DNA of 64,000 bases from Nymphaea colorata (taxonomy: Eukaryota). Below are positions 37,600 through 51,400 of the stretch, piece by piece. How positions within the stretch are numbered: position 1 is the stretch's first letter; each line of letters starts with the position of its first letter. The DNA is taken from the NCBI RefSeq assembly GCF_008831285.2, contig NC_045138.2, positions 2,914,001 through 2,978,000 of the forward strand, written 5' to 3'. Below the pieces are notes generated by a model. It had not been told where the DNA came from, searched no databases, and saw only the letters and a program-made list of their open reading frames with translations. The translations under genes and the position numbers were made by a program.

Positions 37600-40500
37600 G
37601 AATTAGTTCATCTGGTCAGGCTTCATGAGAATACACGTGGATGGTCATATGGTAACTCAACTATTTTCTTTAAGAATTCTTCACACACAAAGTGATAGTC
37701 CATTTTGATATGCTATGTTCACTCATGAAAGGTGTGGTTTCTAACAATGTAGGTAAAATTTTTGTCATCATGACATAACTTGGCTGATATCTCCATCTCA
37801 TATTCCATGTCACACAATAACTTATTGAAAAAGCCAAACTATTTCTATAATTGTTGATGTCATTGCTCTATACTCTGCTTTGATAGAGGATAATGAAATT
37901 TTTGTTTTTTTACACTTCTATGAGATAAGGGATCCACTTAGAAAACCACTAAAATTTGTTGTTGAGTATCTGTCATTGAGATCTTCTTCCTAATCAACAT
38001 CAACATAAGCTATTAAATTCAATGAAAATGAAAAGGAAAGATGACATTGACTTACCATGTAAATAACATGTGCAATGTCTGGTCAAGTAATACTGATATA
38101 TATCAATTATCCTACCAATTGTCTATAAGGCATGAGATCTTCTAGAGGTATTTTATGATGAATCTCCATTTTCGTCCCAACAACATCTGGAGTTTTAACT
38201 ATATGGTCATTTGTGATATCTGATTTAGCAATAATTTTTACAACAAATTAAATTTAAGACAAGAAAGTAGCCTCCGATTGAGTGGGCAATCTCTATTCCA
38301 AGAAAATATGTAAGAAAATCTAAATCTTCTATTTCAAAAGTTTGTCATAAGAATATTTTGATACACTCTTAAAAATAAAAAGAATGATAGTTGTTTCTAT
38401 AACGTGTCTATGCTTTCTCTTGGATAAACTTTTTTTGTTGAGGCTTCTTATAATAAGGTCTTTGGTAAATTATTCCAAACAGTTTTCGATCATCTTCAAA
38501 CTCATTTGAATTAAATTCACTTCTGGAATTTGTTCTAAATATTTTAATTTTGGTATCAAATTGTTTTTTTATTAGATTGTGAAATGTGTTAAATATCTTT
38601 AACTTGAATATCAAAATATAAATCCAACTGTACCTAGTAAAATCATCTATAAAAATTATATAATAAGATAATCATCATTTTGGCATGATGGGGATGGATC
38701 TCTGAACATCCGAACGAACAAGTTCAAAAGGTCTTAGCAAAAATGAAAAAATTCTTAAACCAAAAGGTATAGTTTTCATTTTCCCATTTAAACAATCATT
38801 ATACCAAAAAGTATTGACACATAGTTTCTTTGTAGAGTCAATAAGAGAAAATTTTCTTATGCTTAGATGTCATTCTCTTGATGCCTTATTTTAGCACCTA
38901 TATTTTTGGCAACATCACAAAAGACTTTGTTGTGCATACATAATTTGTTCATGTAATACAAATCTCTTTTTCTAAAACTTTCTCCATTCAATTTCATGGA
39001 TTGGTGACCCTGCACATAACATTTGTTTGATGAGAAAATAATTTCATATCCATAGTCAGGCATTTAAGAAACAAAAGTAATTTAAGACTCAATATTTGTA
39101 CATAAAACTTTTAGAATATGAACTTTTTGGTTTTCAACTTCATTTTTGTGATCTCTAATTCTTAAAATGTTTAAAAAGGTTCAATTAGCAGTTTCAACTT
39201 CATACTTTGTCAAAGAGAGATATTTGGAGTCATATGAAATGAGACCTTGCAAGTTAAGAACCAATAGTGCATACTTTTGTATTGGAATTGGAGGCAGATG
39301 ATGCCATTACACTTTATGGTGACTTGTTAAAAAGTGGTTGAAAGCTAGTTACAAACCGATTTGAAGTGGAAGAGGTAGAAGTAAGGTTGTGTCTTCCATT
39401 GAATCTCTTATTGTTCCCTTGATCAAGTTGACCTCCAAAGTGATACACTGCTCCCTGATTAGAGTTGTGTGATCTTTTATGTGCCCCATTTTGTGACCAT
39501 AATGATAAATAACCTTATAGTATCCTTTGTGTTGATTTTGACTATTAAAATGAGGAGGCTTATACGGTTTAATATTGCTTCCCGATCTAGAGGGTGCCAA
39601 GACCTTATCTTCTTCTTGTTTGATGGAAAGAGAACTCTTTTTATTCTTGTTCATATTCATCCTTGTTTTGTATTCATCCTTGTTTCCTCCATACTTAACA
39701 TGGTAAGTGTCTTATGAATGACTTAAGGATATGTAAGAGATAATAACACAATGTTAATTTGTTCAAATTCTGGCCTCAGGACTTGTGGCAGCTGATAGAA
39801 TCTCAATTTTTCAATGATCTCCTTGCTTCTAATCTCATGGCACTTACATTCAATGCCAAAGCTTGGGATTCAATTGGTCAATTTTCATTCTATATAGTAG
39901 ATGATTCTATGTAATAATCTCTTACATCCTTTGCTCCTTGCATAACATGTTGAGCCTTTGTAATTAGGAGATACTTTTGAGTTGTATCTCCTCGGGTATA
40001 CATACCCATGAGATATTCTCATGATTGGTCAATTTTCATTCTATATAGTAGATGATTCTATGTAATAATCTCTTACATCCTTTGCTCCTTGCATAACATG
40101 TTGAGCCTTTGTAATTAGGAGATACTTTTGAGTTGTATCTCCTCGGGTATACATACCCATGAGATATTCTCATGTGTCACTAATTTTTTTACAATATATG
40201 AGATTTTGATCAATACAAGGATCAATACTATTGTAAATCGATTCCTTGATTCTTGCATTTTTAACTGCCGAATCATCCAAATTTCTTGTAGTATTCAATC
40301 ATGGCATTGTCTCTCCCAATGCCTTGCAACTCTTCTCGACACTGTTTCAACTTTAGTTAATTTAAGAGGAGGTTGAGCTTTAGTACGTTAAATGAAGCCC
40401 CAAACTTTGTTTTACTTTGATGTGCATTTTTAGGCATTTCACCTATAGAGAATACTTTGTTTCATCAAGCAAAATGGGTCCGCATAATTTTCATGATTGA

Positions 40501-41040
40501 AGGAGCTTTTTAAATCTTCCATATTCTTGATGAGACAGCATCTGAATCATCTACTCAACAACAAATTATAATCAGCAGCAATAAGAGATTGGTTTAGAGG
40601 GAACAAGCAACACCGGTGCAAGCCTTTAGAAAAATTCTCTAGCAGCCGCTTGAGACCAACAGTAGATTCACCAATTGTGAAGCAAAATTTTATTGGGAGT
40701 ACCAAGAAAGAAAATGAAATCAATGCAGAAGGTTCAAAAGTTGGTGAGCAGACAACCTCTTGTCAGCTTGAAACAACAAGAATTCAAGCTCTAACACCAT
40801 GTAAATCTAGTTGTAAATCAGCTAAATAAGATTACAGAACATGGTGCTAAGACCCAAAGTGAATAGCAATATAGAATAATTATAAAGAATCTTTGTTAAT
40901 CTCTCAAATAGCTCCATCTTGGTCAAATACGCATTTGACCAGTAGAGCTTGCACAAAATAAAATACAAAAATACACATAAGAGAATAAAAGTAAACAAAA
41001 AATAAAAAGACCTATATACAAGTCTACGTGGCAATTGTAA
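37600..41040 (-). mobile_element. Old, internally deleted Ty1/copia element
   Basis: Decayed PBS (plus-strand GCTCTAACACCA, 40788-40799) next to an LTR beginning at 40800; decayed gag, PR and INT (KIKIFRTN), RT (FLTYFLGIEIA) and RNase H (TFHE*T*HIKMDYHF). INT is fused directly to mid-RT at 38355/38356. The outer LTR end is approximate. Confidence 0.85.
39873..40174. repeat. Perfect 151-bp tandem duplication
   Basis: 39873-40023 is identical to 40024-40174. Confidence 0.97.
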
Positions 41041-41074
41041 GCATGTATATACCTAAATACTACAACCATACATG

Positions 41075-41252
41075 TAGTAGTGGAGCCAGAAAATCATGGC
41101 TGAGAGGCAGAAACCGGGTTTGTAGGGCACTTACTTAGATCTGGTGTGAACACCTTATGTGTTGAACCCAGGTCCAGCTCAGTCACAATAAAAGCTTTCA
41201 AGTGATGGCATAGGCAATGACCCATATCAGTCACATAGTAGCTCAGCTACTG
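41075..41252. mobile_element. Small hAT-like MITE
   Basis: Ends TAGTAGTGGAGC/GCTCAGCTACTG with TSD CATACATG/CAAACATG. Confidence 0.6.
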
Positions 41253-41639
41253 CAAACATGCATTTAAGCATATATATATATATATAATTATAGATTATAT
41301 AGACATATATGGGTTGAACATATGCAAGTATTTACAATAATTCTAATACTAGTGTCTATTGGCTTTAAAATATGAGCCTTGAGTATACATTGCCACGAGC
41401 CGTTTTAGTATAACAAGGTGACTCACGAACGAATATTATTAAAGTTCTTTTTAGTGATTTAAAATGCGTTAAAACCAGATAAGTTAGACCTTTATTTAAC
41501 AGTTGTTTGAGCCTTTGAGGACCGTCATCTGAAAAAAATCGGAACATGAGGCTCGTTTTTGAGATTATAGCTAAAAGACGGTCTCCGAAGCATATGCTTC
41601 CAAAAAGACAAGGTTTGGATCTTCATTCTTCACTGATAT

Positions 41640-41900
41640 TTGGATTCAAAAGATCGGAAGCGAAACCGACCCGCTGGCGACCCACTTGAAAAGGAAGGAA
41701 GGAAGGCCGCGCCGCGACTCGCGCGTGGATCACACGGAAGACATTCAAGCGTCCCCATAGGCCGTCTCGAGGGAGGCCAGGGCTCGTCACTCCGTCCCAT
41801 CACTCCCGCGGAGAAAACCCAGCCGTCAGATCCGCGCTCGTCGTCCGAGAAACTCCTCCGATCGCCTCCACTTTTTGGTTCTCTTGTTGGTAATTTCTTC
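41640..41900 (+). promoter_or_regulatory. CpG-rich promoter or first non-coding exon, probably of the GBA2-like gene
   Basis: CpG-retaining GC-rich island followed by a GT donor and pyrimidine-rich intron-like DNA. The first coding exon at 45413 is preceded by a splice acceptor, so upstream UTR exons must exist. Confidence 0.4.
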
Positions 41901-44900
41901 TCTCCTCTTTCTGGTAATCTCTTTCCGTATTTCTCTTTCCTTTTCCCGGCGATGCTCAATTGGATCGAAATGAACCGGAATCTACACAAATCGCGCTCTA
42001 ATACTTAAATAAACTTGTCTTAACTTCTCGTGGCGAGGAGTAGACCGAAACAGAAATAAAACTTCCCGACGTATGATCACGATCCGCGTGTAGCGTCTAA
42101 GTTTCGGTAGTTTGGTGAGATATCTACGATTTAGCTTTTCAGGGCATCTCCATGACTTCTTGTACATTCCTCTCTTCCTTCCTGATTCTCATAGGGCTTC
42201 CATATCAGGGATACATCCGTCATTGTTGGATTCCTCTTTCTTTCCCACTATCTGATTGGGTGGTAAGCCGGGTAAGTGATGGTTCTTAAAGGAGCATGAA
42301 ATTACAATTTACAGGTCTGCTCTGCAGAAATCGGTGTTTGGCTCCTTAATTTTCTCAGGAATACGGGCATCCAAGGATAGATGAATTGAAGAGGGTGCAT
42401 GTGGTACCCGATCGGTTGATGTGGTCAAGTGGTCATCAGGGCAACCAATGGTCAGAATTGGATGGATGGTGGATCCCAGAAAACCCAGCGTTTTGCGAAA
42501 ATATCTATTATCGGAATTAGGGAAGGAAGCAGCCGAAGCAGGGAAATGTTAAACAGCTGGGAAAATAATTTTATAGAGAAGGAAAGTGAAAGTGAGTTTT
42601 TTGATAGCTATAAAACTGACTCCCTGCCTCTCTTTTTATTGTCGCATACATTGGCTATATTTATCTGGGTATTTTCGAAAGAAGTTACATTCGTGACAAG
42701 CAAGTAGGTTTTTAAAGATCATCACCATTTAATCTTTCTTATTAACAACAAGTTGCAGCTACCATTCTTTGCCTTAGATGTCGTTGCGCGTTCATATTAG
42801 TTAGGCAATGTTGTCAGTATCTTACGTTAGAAAACTGATACCCATTGGCGATGACTATTAAGAAGTTATTGTTTAAATATCGGGTGTGTCTGGCCAGATG
42901 ACCAAAACTGGCCCCAAGTTGATGTCCACCGTAGTTACAAAACCTTTTATTGGCAGAACACACATCCTAATGATAAAGACTTAAAGACTTGAGCATCGGG
43001 TTGGTCCAAAACAAGCGTACCCGCCCCACAAGATGGACCCTTGGACTGGGCCTAAAAGGTTTCAGGCCAGGTGGAGGCAAGTATGCACTGTGTGGGGCAT
43101 ATGCACCATTGTGCCCAGTCTGTTGGACCTGGGTAAATTTTTTGTCTAATTAATTATATAAGTCAGTCTCACGAGACTTAAGTTATTGTTCTAAGCCCAA
43201 TTGAAAAATTGTTATCTATATATTTAATATATAGACAAAATTTCTGGTTCCACCCGTAGGCCAAGAACAATCAGGACTCCACTCAGGTGCGGCTAAGCCA
43301 AGTCCAAGGTAGTTTGGATCTGGCCGATTCCAGCTCCAATATTCTTAACGTATTCGACGAATAAAAGAGGCACCTCGATCGTGGCGTTGAGATTGAAAAA
43401 CGTAGTTTTTTTTCTTTCCATTTTTGCCTTTTGGAGGGAGAACTTTTTACCTTTCTTTTCTGCCACTTTTGTACGTCGTGGAGGCATTTTAGTAATTGTC
43501 AACGCCCAAACACTTTGTTTGTGTTAAGACCGGAATAAAGGATATGCCTCACCTTGTTCGCCAATAGGTCCACACCAATATTAATGGCATTGATTTTATG
43601 ATTTTTTTTTAAGTAATTGACTAATTTATTCCTGCGTTTTTGCAGTTAGTGAGTCAATTTCAGATATTGACATTATTAGGTTAGGTCCATCTTTTCTCTG
43701 TCTTTAACTATGGTTATCCACTTATCATAATATGAAAGGGATTTATGTCATTAAAAATACTAGCATTTTTCGCCCCCTTTTAAGAGTTGACGATTTTATC
43801 ATTTCTTATATTCATATCTAATTTTCAGAGCTACAGCAAATGTTAAAAGGAAAAAATAGGGTGAATTATGTCAGCTGACATTGGCCCATGGGGTCAGATT
43901 ATTTTTTGTGGCGCTGAATTTTCATGGGCTTTTAGAATCTGTTTCTTTTTCATGGTTCGTCCTTACCTTGTAGCGCCAGTTTAAATTTCGTGCATATTGA
44001 GTTACCAGCCTATCCTCTAAGCTCATAAACTCTTCTTTGCTCAGTAATCACCAATAAATCCATCTCTAACGTCTGGGCTTTGGTCAAGTTATGTTTATTA
44101 GTTTAACCTGCTAACATATTTAGCAAAAATTGGTTCATGTTATTTGAAAAAGTCTTGTATGACGGGCTTATTTAATTCATTTATTTCAATTTATTGAAGG
44201 CATGAAACAATTTTTATTAAGAAATTTAACTTTCAAAATTACTTTAGAAATGGTTAATTAAAATGTAAACATGAACCATTCAACAGATGGCAATGAAAAT
44301 GACAAAATAACTTATTGGAACTTTTCTGTTTTTTGTACTTTTCCCAGTAAGATGATTTTGATCCTCCGTATCCGCTTGTTTCGTCACGTGGGAAGGGAAC
44401 TAATTTTCCCTGCAATGGGTCCCGCAGCCGGCATCTTGTGAGACAAATTGTGGGTCCCACTTTCTTAGCTCATACTGCCCTAACAAGCATTGTTGGATGT
44501 TCGTTTCAAACTTTCCTATCAAAATGGGTCATTTTCCGGTGAAAAGGAAATCCTTACTGAATGAAACAAACATAGGTAAGAAAATAGGTGGTTTTTGTGG
44601 CAAGGCCTAACCTTCCCTTCCTCCTACGAATATTTTTGACATCAAATCTCAATCTCATGGTCTTTTTCATCTCTATCTAGCATCCGAGCAAACGGGTCTG
44701 GGTTTCCCCTCTTGGGAGGCTTTTTGAATGTTCTCTTACCTGTTTAATTGTTGTAAAGAGAGTAATAAGAACTGGTTCAATCCTCTTATTTCTCAAACCA
44801 AGAGATCCATGAATCGGGTACTAATGTCATTAATACTACTGATAATATCATTAATACTGATCCCAATATTTGTTATTAATTTCACAAATGTGTTGTCATT

Positions 44901-45414
44901 GTTTTGTTCATTGGACACCCAATTCATTAGGGTCTTACTGAGAGCTGATTCGACTCTTATATGCCCGCTTTCTTTTTCCAGTTTCCCTAGGGAAGCTTTT
45001 TCCCCTCAAATACACTCACTAGGGGTTTCATAGCAAGTGAAGGTCAAGGAAGGAAGTGCACTAAATGAAGGCTCTTTTATGTGGACTGGTCCTAATAGGG
45101 CGATCTTAACAATTTTGTAGCTTCGTTCTGAAATCTGGAGCAATAATTGCATGGGAAGTATAAGGTTCTCTTTTTCTTTTTCTTTTTTAATTAAGGAGAA
45201 ACATTGTCCTTCACGAAGATTGGGCGTGGGACAGATAATTCTTTTATCTTTTAAAATGGAATTCTTAAGGCTTAGATCTGATAATATATCCGTGTTAGAT
45301 CCCTGACCACACCTTATGAGAGAGAAATTTGATCCATGGTCTTCAACTTAATTCATGATCAGTTTACCTGTCGACGCTGCATCTTACTGGTTTTGTTTGT
45401 AATATTTTGCAGAA

Positions 45415-48400
45415 ATGTTAGTGGAGATGAAGGCAAGTGATTGCAGTGAAGAAGAGGCGCGTCCATTCCTCCAAGGATCCGCCAGCCCAACCAATGCCTC
45501 ACAGGTATTCTACTTCGTTATAAGGAAAGCAGACAAAATGAAGACCAATGAAAACGGTTTGGTTCGATTTATAGAAGGTGGACGTCCTAGCAATCGCGAT
45601 TTGCATAGTTTCGCTATTGCTATTTTGAAAATTCAAGGTTTTGGAGGGATTCAACTATTTTTCTCCTTTATTTATAGGCGTAGTTTACTTACGGTTTTTT
45701 TTTTAACGTATTCTTGTCGATAAAAACACAGCACCAGTAGTTGTTACATTGGTGCACGCTAGTCTATGCTCCCTCGGAGATGCGGCAAAAATGCGTTTAG
45801 CTGATGTTTCATTGCATGAAATCGGTGCAGATCGTGATACATTCACTTTGACAACACCAGTGCACAAGGACAGGATTAAGAATCCATTATTGATGCCTAA
45901 TATCCTTTAGAATGTAGAGGCCGGTGAGAAATTTGGAATCTCAAAACACCAGTGCACAAGGACAGGATTAAGAATCCATTATTGATGCCTAATGTTCTTT
46001 AGAATGTAGAGGCCGGTGAGAAATTTGGAATCTCAAATACAAGCATGATCCTGAGTGATGGAAATGGTTCCCTTGCCAATTTATATTGACCTTGATACCC
46101 TTTCTTACCTTACCACTTTGTCTTTGAAGTATTTTATCATTTCACGTCGCTTCCTAGATGATGCCGCTTCTAGCTTCTCAAATCATTTACAAGTTTGAAT
46201 AGTGAATGGTTCCTACTTCCTAGATCACCCGTTTTTGTTTCCATTTTCTATGGAATTGAATTGTTTTCATTGTCCGAGGTATTTTTTGTTGCAAAGATGA
46301 AGTCCACAGAAACCGGTGAATCTTCTGAATTTTTCATTTTTGATCTGAAGTCTGAAGACTCTGAAGTCTGAACATCACCTTTTCATGATTTTCTTTGAGC
46401 TTGTTTGGCAGCAACCGTTATTTGTTAGAGAGGGATAGCATCTTTATAAATGATTGCCAGATTTGCTTGATTTACGTACAACTATCCATGAAGTATAACG
46501 TTTCAAGTATCTTTTGCTGTTTTTCTAGCTTCAGTCCGATCCTGCAATACCTGCCCCCATGACTTGGCATCGTAAAATAAACAGTGTGGACAATGCTATC
46601 TCAGAGTTTACTCTAAGTTACACAGAGATGCTGAAGATGGTAACATTTCGCCGGCTGTTTTACTGCTTTGTCGCTATTCGCACATGTTTCATGGTACTGA
46701 TAGTGATTTTCTGTGGATGCAACTCTATTGGACGGTCCCACATAACCTTCTCAACAAAAAAGGCTCCCCTAGGTCTGAGAATGTTGCGCCATGTGAGGAG
46801 AGAAACCTCAAAAGGACGGGTATCGGATCATGGAGATGACCTTCTCTAACTCCTTAACTATTTTGGATGATCATTTAGTTGAATTTTGGTTGTTTGACTA
46901 ACGGCATGTACTCCATCTTTTTCTTGAACCTGTAGAAGGCACTGATTGATCCTTTCAGTCAACGTAAAATTCTTCCTTCTCAAGGTGTCCCGCTTGGAGG
47001 CATGGGGTAGCCTCTAGCCGCTTGAAATACCACGATTTTGCATTTTCTCCACTTTCCTTTCTTGTTAACAATTTTAAATGGTTTTATCTAGCCTCTTAGT
47101 GTTGAAATGATAGAAAAGATTCGAGTTCAAGGAACTTGTCATTAGGCATATTATTTCCTTTAATTGACATCAGGAAGTCCCTTCATCAGAAAATCTGAAA
47201 CCTTTTTCATGAGTTTCTATTTATTGTCAAGTTCTTGTCTCTCTGAAATTGAGGAGGCCAACTTTCAGTGCAGGAAGCATTGTCAGAAGTTATAAAGGTG
47301 AGTTTCAACGGTGGCAACTGTTTCCTGGGGAATGGGAGGAAGAACCCATCTTGGCCAATCAATTTTCGGTAAGATTTAAACTTTATTATTTATCTATGGA
47401 TCAAAAATGTCTCTAGTATTAGTCAACCTGGACAAAGTTATATACTGGTGGCCCATCCCCCTTGTTTCCCTTTTTTAGTTCTTTTTTCTCGTTGATGTGA
47501 ACCTGCTAAGCATGTCCAGTAGGCAAGATAATTTGGTGGTTTTTGGGAAAATTTAAAATAAATTCCAATGTTCCATGATGCTAATCATCATGATACTTTA
47601 ATTTACTGCAGATAGATAATTTGAGAAGAACCACTTAAGTTCTCAGTTTTATCCTTGTCCGGATGATTCTTGCACCTACTTCTTGGTTTTCTACAAAGTG
47701 ATCATATAGAAATTGGATATATGGTTGCATTCTTTTATTGATGAGTTTTCAACTCATTGATGTTAGTTGCTTTAGTTGAAAATTTGAAATAATTGTGGCA
47801 GGAAATCTTGTGTCCAAATCTCTATTGTGATTCATTTGAAGTCTCGTGAACTAATGAGTTTGACAGTTACTGTCAATTCTGCTTGAACCTGATTTCCTAT
47901 CTTCAAAATGTTGTGGATCAAGGGCACCTGCTACACTATAATCTATATTTTGCTGAAGAATTAGGCACAAAATCTATGCCAAAGGTAACAAAAAAAATTA
48001 ATTTATATCTAAACAGAAGCTAGTAAATATCAATGAGTATATTACTTGAAACAAAGATATTGTATCTTATATCCTTTAGCAGAATGTCTGTCATCCAATT
48101 ATGCAAAAGCCTTTGATTTTATGTTATTTTTATGTAACTTCAGTTTTTAGAAAACTGCAGTTTGTATCCTGTTAAAATGCTTCGGACAGTAATTTCTTAT
48201 TTGAAACCTTTTTTCTTCTGGATAATTTAATATGTAACAGTGATGTGTACTCTCATCGGCATTTGTAAGTCCATCCTCTTATTCTTTTCTGCTTCTGATG
48301 TATGCCACCTTCTTGACATGCATTAATTGATTGAGAAAAATCAGCTCTCCAACTTCATCTATCATAATTTTTTGGTAGTATAGATGCTTTCCTGATTCAT

Positions 48401-51400
48401 CAAATTTATTCATGGAAGTTATTTCGTTGTTCAGGTCTTCATCTCCCGTCAAAATGGTAAAAAGTTTTCCTCTGTATTACATTCTGGATGCCCGGATAGG
48501 ATCAAGTAAGAATTGATTACTCTATGCCATGTTGCTTCCAGAAGAATGCTTTATATACACAGAAGATGCAGATGCCCCTTTTTCCTTTTCCCTTCCCATT
48601 TTAGCACCTTTTACATATGAACTGGACAGACAACAGTTTCATAATGTGCAATATGGCTTGCAGAGAAAGTATTGGTTCAGGGATTGGGTCTTGGGACTGG
48701 AAATTGGATGGAAAAAGTTCCACCTATCATGCATTGTACCCAAGGGCATGGACTGTATATGAAGGTACAAGACAGGCTACAAGCCTACAACTTGATTTTG
48801 CAGGTTGAGGGTGGTATGCTGATGGTTTATAGAAGATTCAAGTGAAAGTTTGTTTTTTGACCTTTTACAGGAGAACCTGATCCAGAACTTAAAATTGTGT
48901 GCAAACAAATATCTCCTTTTATACCCCACAATTATCGAGAGAGCAGCTTCCCTGTTGCAGTATTTACATTTATGGTGCGAGAAACAACTACCTTTAAGTT
49001 TACTTTCATCATGCAGTTAGGGATGCTTACTGAAACATCATATGTTGATTCGTCCAGCTAACGAATTCAGGCAACAGTGATGCTGATGTCACCATTCTTT
49101 TCACATGGGCTGTAAGTTAACAATTCACAGCCATGTAATAAACATACCCGTACATTCAAAGGTTTTGCACCCAGTAGTATGTGAAGTGAAAGGAAATTTT
49201 CCTTTGGTGTCCCAGATATATTCACAGCTTTTACCCAGGGAATTAATTGACTAAATTTTTTTTTTCTGTGTATTATATTTTCAGAATTCGGTTGGTGGGG
49301 ATTCAGAATTTTCTGGTGGTCATCGCAATAAAAGTTTTACGTAAGAATTTCCAGAAATATCTGCTGCCAGTAAATCTTTTTTCCATAGAAGATGATATTG
49401 TTCGTCTGTAAATAGTTTCTTAAATGCATCAAACTGTTCTCATATTCTTTTGTTAATGGCAACTCTTTTAATAAATTTAGAATCATTGCAGGAAAAATTC
49501 TGGTGTCAGAGGAGTACTTCTACATCACAAGTGTGTCCCTTTCTGTGGATCTGTGATACCCGTCTTCACACAGCCTCCTTCATTTGCTGCATCATCTCAA
49601 AAGATGATTATCTCCTTCTCATACCGTGCCCAACTTCTCAAGTTGTTAAATGCAGGACTGCTGGTGGTCATCCTCCGATAACATTTGCTATAGCATCTCA
49701 GGAGACTGATTTAGTACATGTATCAGAATGCCCTTGCTTCTTGATATCTGGTAATGCTCATGGCTTCTCAGCGGAAGATCTTTGGCATCAAATCAAAAAG
49801 GTAAGGCAAGTACTTTCTTGTGACTGGAATGCATAAAACTTGATTGTGGAAAGTCTTTCTTAATCTAGACAGGTTTCTTCTTCTGAAGCAACAACATATG
49901 TTGCAGGCTTGCAGATCATTTAATGGAACTTTTCTCTTTAGCATCTGTGAATCCTTCCTGCTTGAACTATGTCACAACTACTGATGTCCCTCCATGTTGC
50001 TGTGCTGAACCAAATTTTGCTTTTCTGGTTTATCCCGTAAAAGAAAAACTGCTTGTTTCTGCATTATCAGAGTGTAACAGAAGTCATATTGTAAAATTTA
50101 TAAAATTGTGATCATGTCCTTTATATATGTCATATTGTGCTTAAAATTATGGCTTCCAAAACTGCTGCTGCATCCGTGTAAGACTGTGACGTGTGTAAAA
50201 ATGGAATATACTGAAAAAGTTGTTGAAAGGAAAAGTTACGATCCATTCAATGTTTTCTTGCTTTTTTGCTTTCTGGGTATTTCACGATTTCTTTATTTCC
50301 ACTTTATATATCAGACATGTTTTTTGCTTTATTTTTTAGTTATTTTGAAATTTTATATTTTATGTGTATGTAATATGCTATTTTTTATTTTTTCTTTTTT
50401 CTTTCAGTTTCTTATGTTCCAAAATTTTCCTTCATTTTTCCCAAAGATTATCAGAAAACCATACTGTTGCAAGATTTTACCTTGCTGAGATGGAGAAGCT
50501 GATATTGTGACCATGGTGCAACTGCGTAAGCTAGTTAGACACGCGTAGATTCAACTAGTTCTCCTACTTTTGTCCCTCCAGATATGCTTTCTTTTGTCAA
50601 TGCATTCTTTGATTTCTCTTTTATTTGCCATGATCTCCTCATTATGTCCTTTTTTTCCTTGTCAAATCAGCATAGATCATTTGATCAGGTTGATCTTCAT
50701 GGGATGTTGATGCCTTCAGAGAAGGGATCATCTATTGGAGCTGCAATAGCTTCTTCAGTGACTGTTCCATCCAATAAAGTCCGCACTGTTACCTTTGCAT
50801 TAGCATGGGCTTGCCCACAAGTCAAATTTTCCAGTGGTAAGGCATACCATAGGTGAGTTATGCTTGACTACAGAAAGACTTAGAATTAAGACTAAGAATT
50901 AATGCAACTTGCTGTTCATGATGATACTTCATTAGCAGACGGTATACAAAATTTTATGGCTCCGATAACGATGCAGCAGCTGATATTGCACATGATGCTA
51001 TTCTTGGTAATTTTTTTCTTTGTATTTCTATAGTTATATAAATTTCTGACAAATATTCAAATTTCATAAATAAATTTGATTTTGTGAATTGAATTATCTT
51101 TATTCCCTGAAGCATCACCCAACCCTGACATGATTTGCCTTCCCTTTCTTTTCATGCGTAATTGTGTCTTCCATGCCTTTGGTAGTACCACTCAGATCAA
51201 AGCAACTTGACAAGTCATACATGGGAAACAAGCAATTTTTTGCCAGGCTAGGATGGTGCATATATCTTAAGGGTCCTATGCACAGACACTCCTACAAGGA
51301 TGCTGCATCATTGTAGACATGGCATAGACATTGGCATTGCTCTGTGCATGACTTAGACTTTTGGTGAAATGCCGTTGGTTGTGCCCAGTCCACCCATGTT

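Noticed and set aside
41630..42008. Overlapping ORFs of about 120 aa on both strands
   Set aside because: GC-rich promoter/UTR sequence with no recognisable domain and non-ATG starts.
47269..47300. GSIVRSY instead of the GSIGRSY common in plant GBA2
   Set aside because: A single substitution outside the catalytic residues. The gene is otherwise intact.
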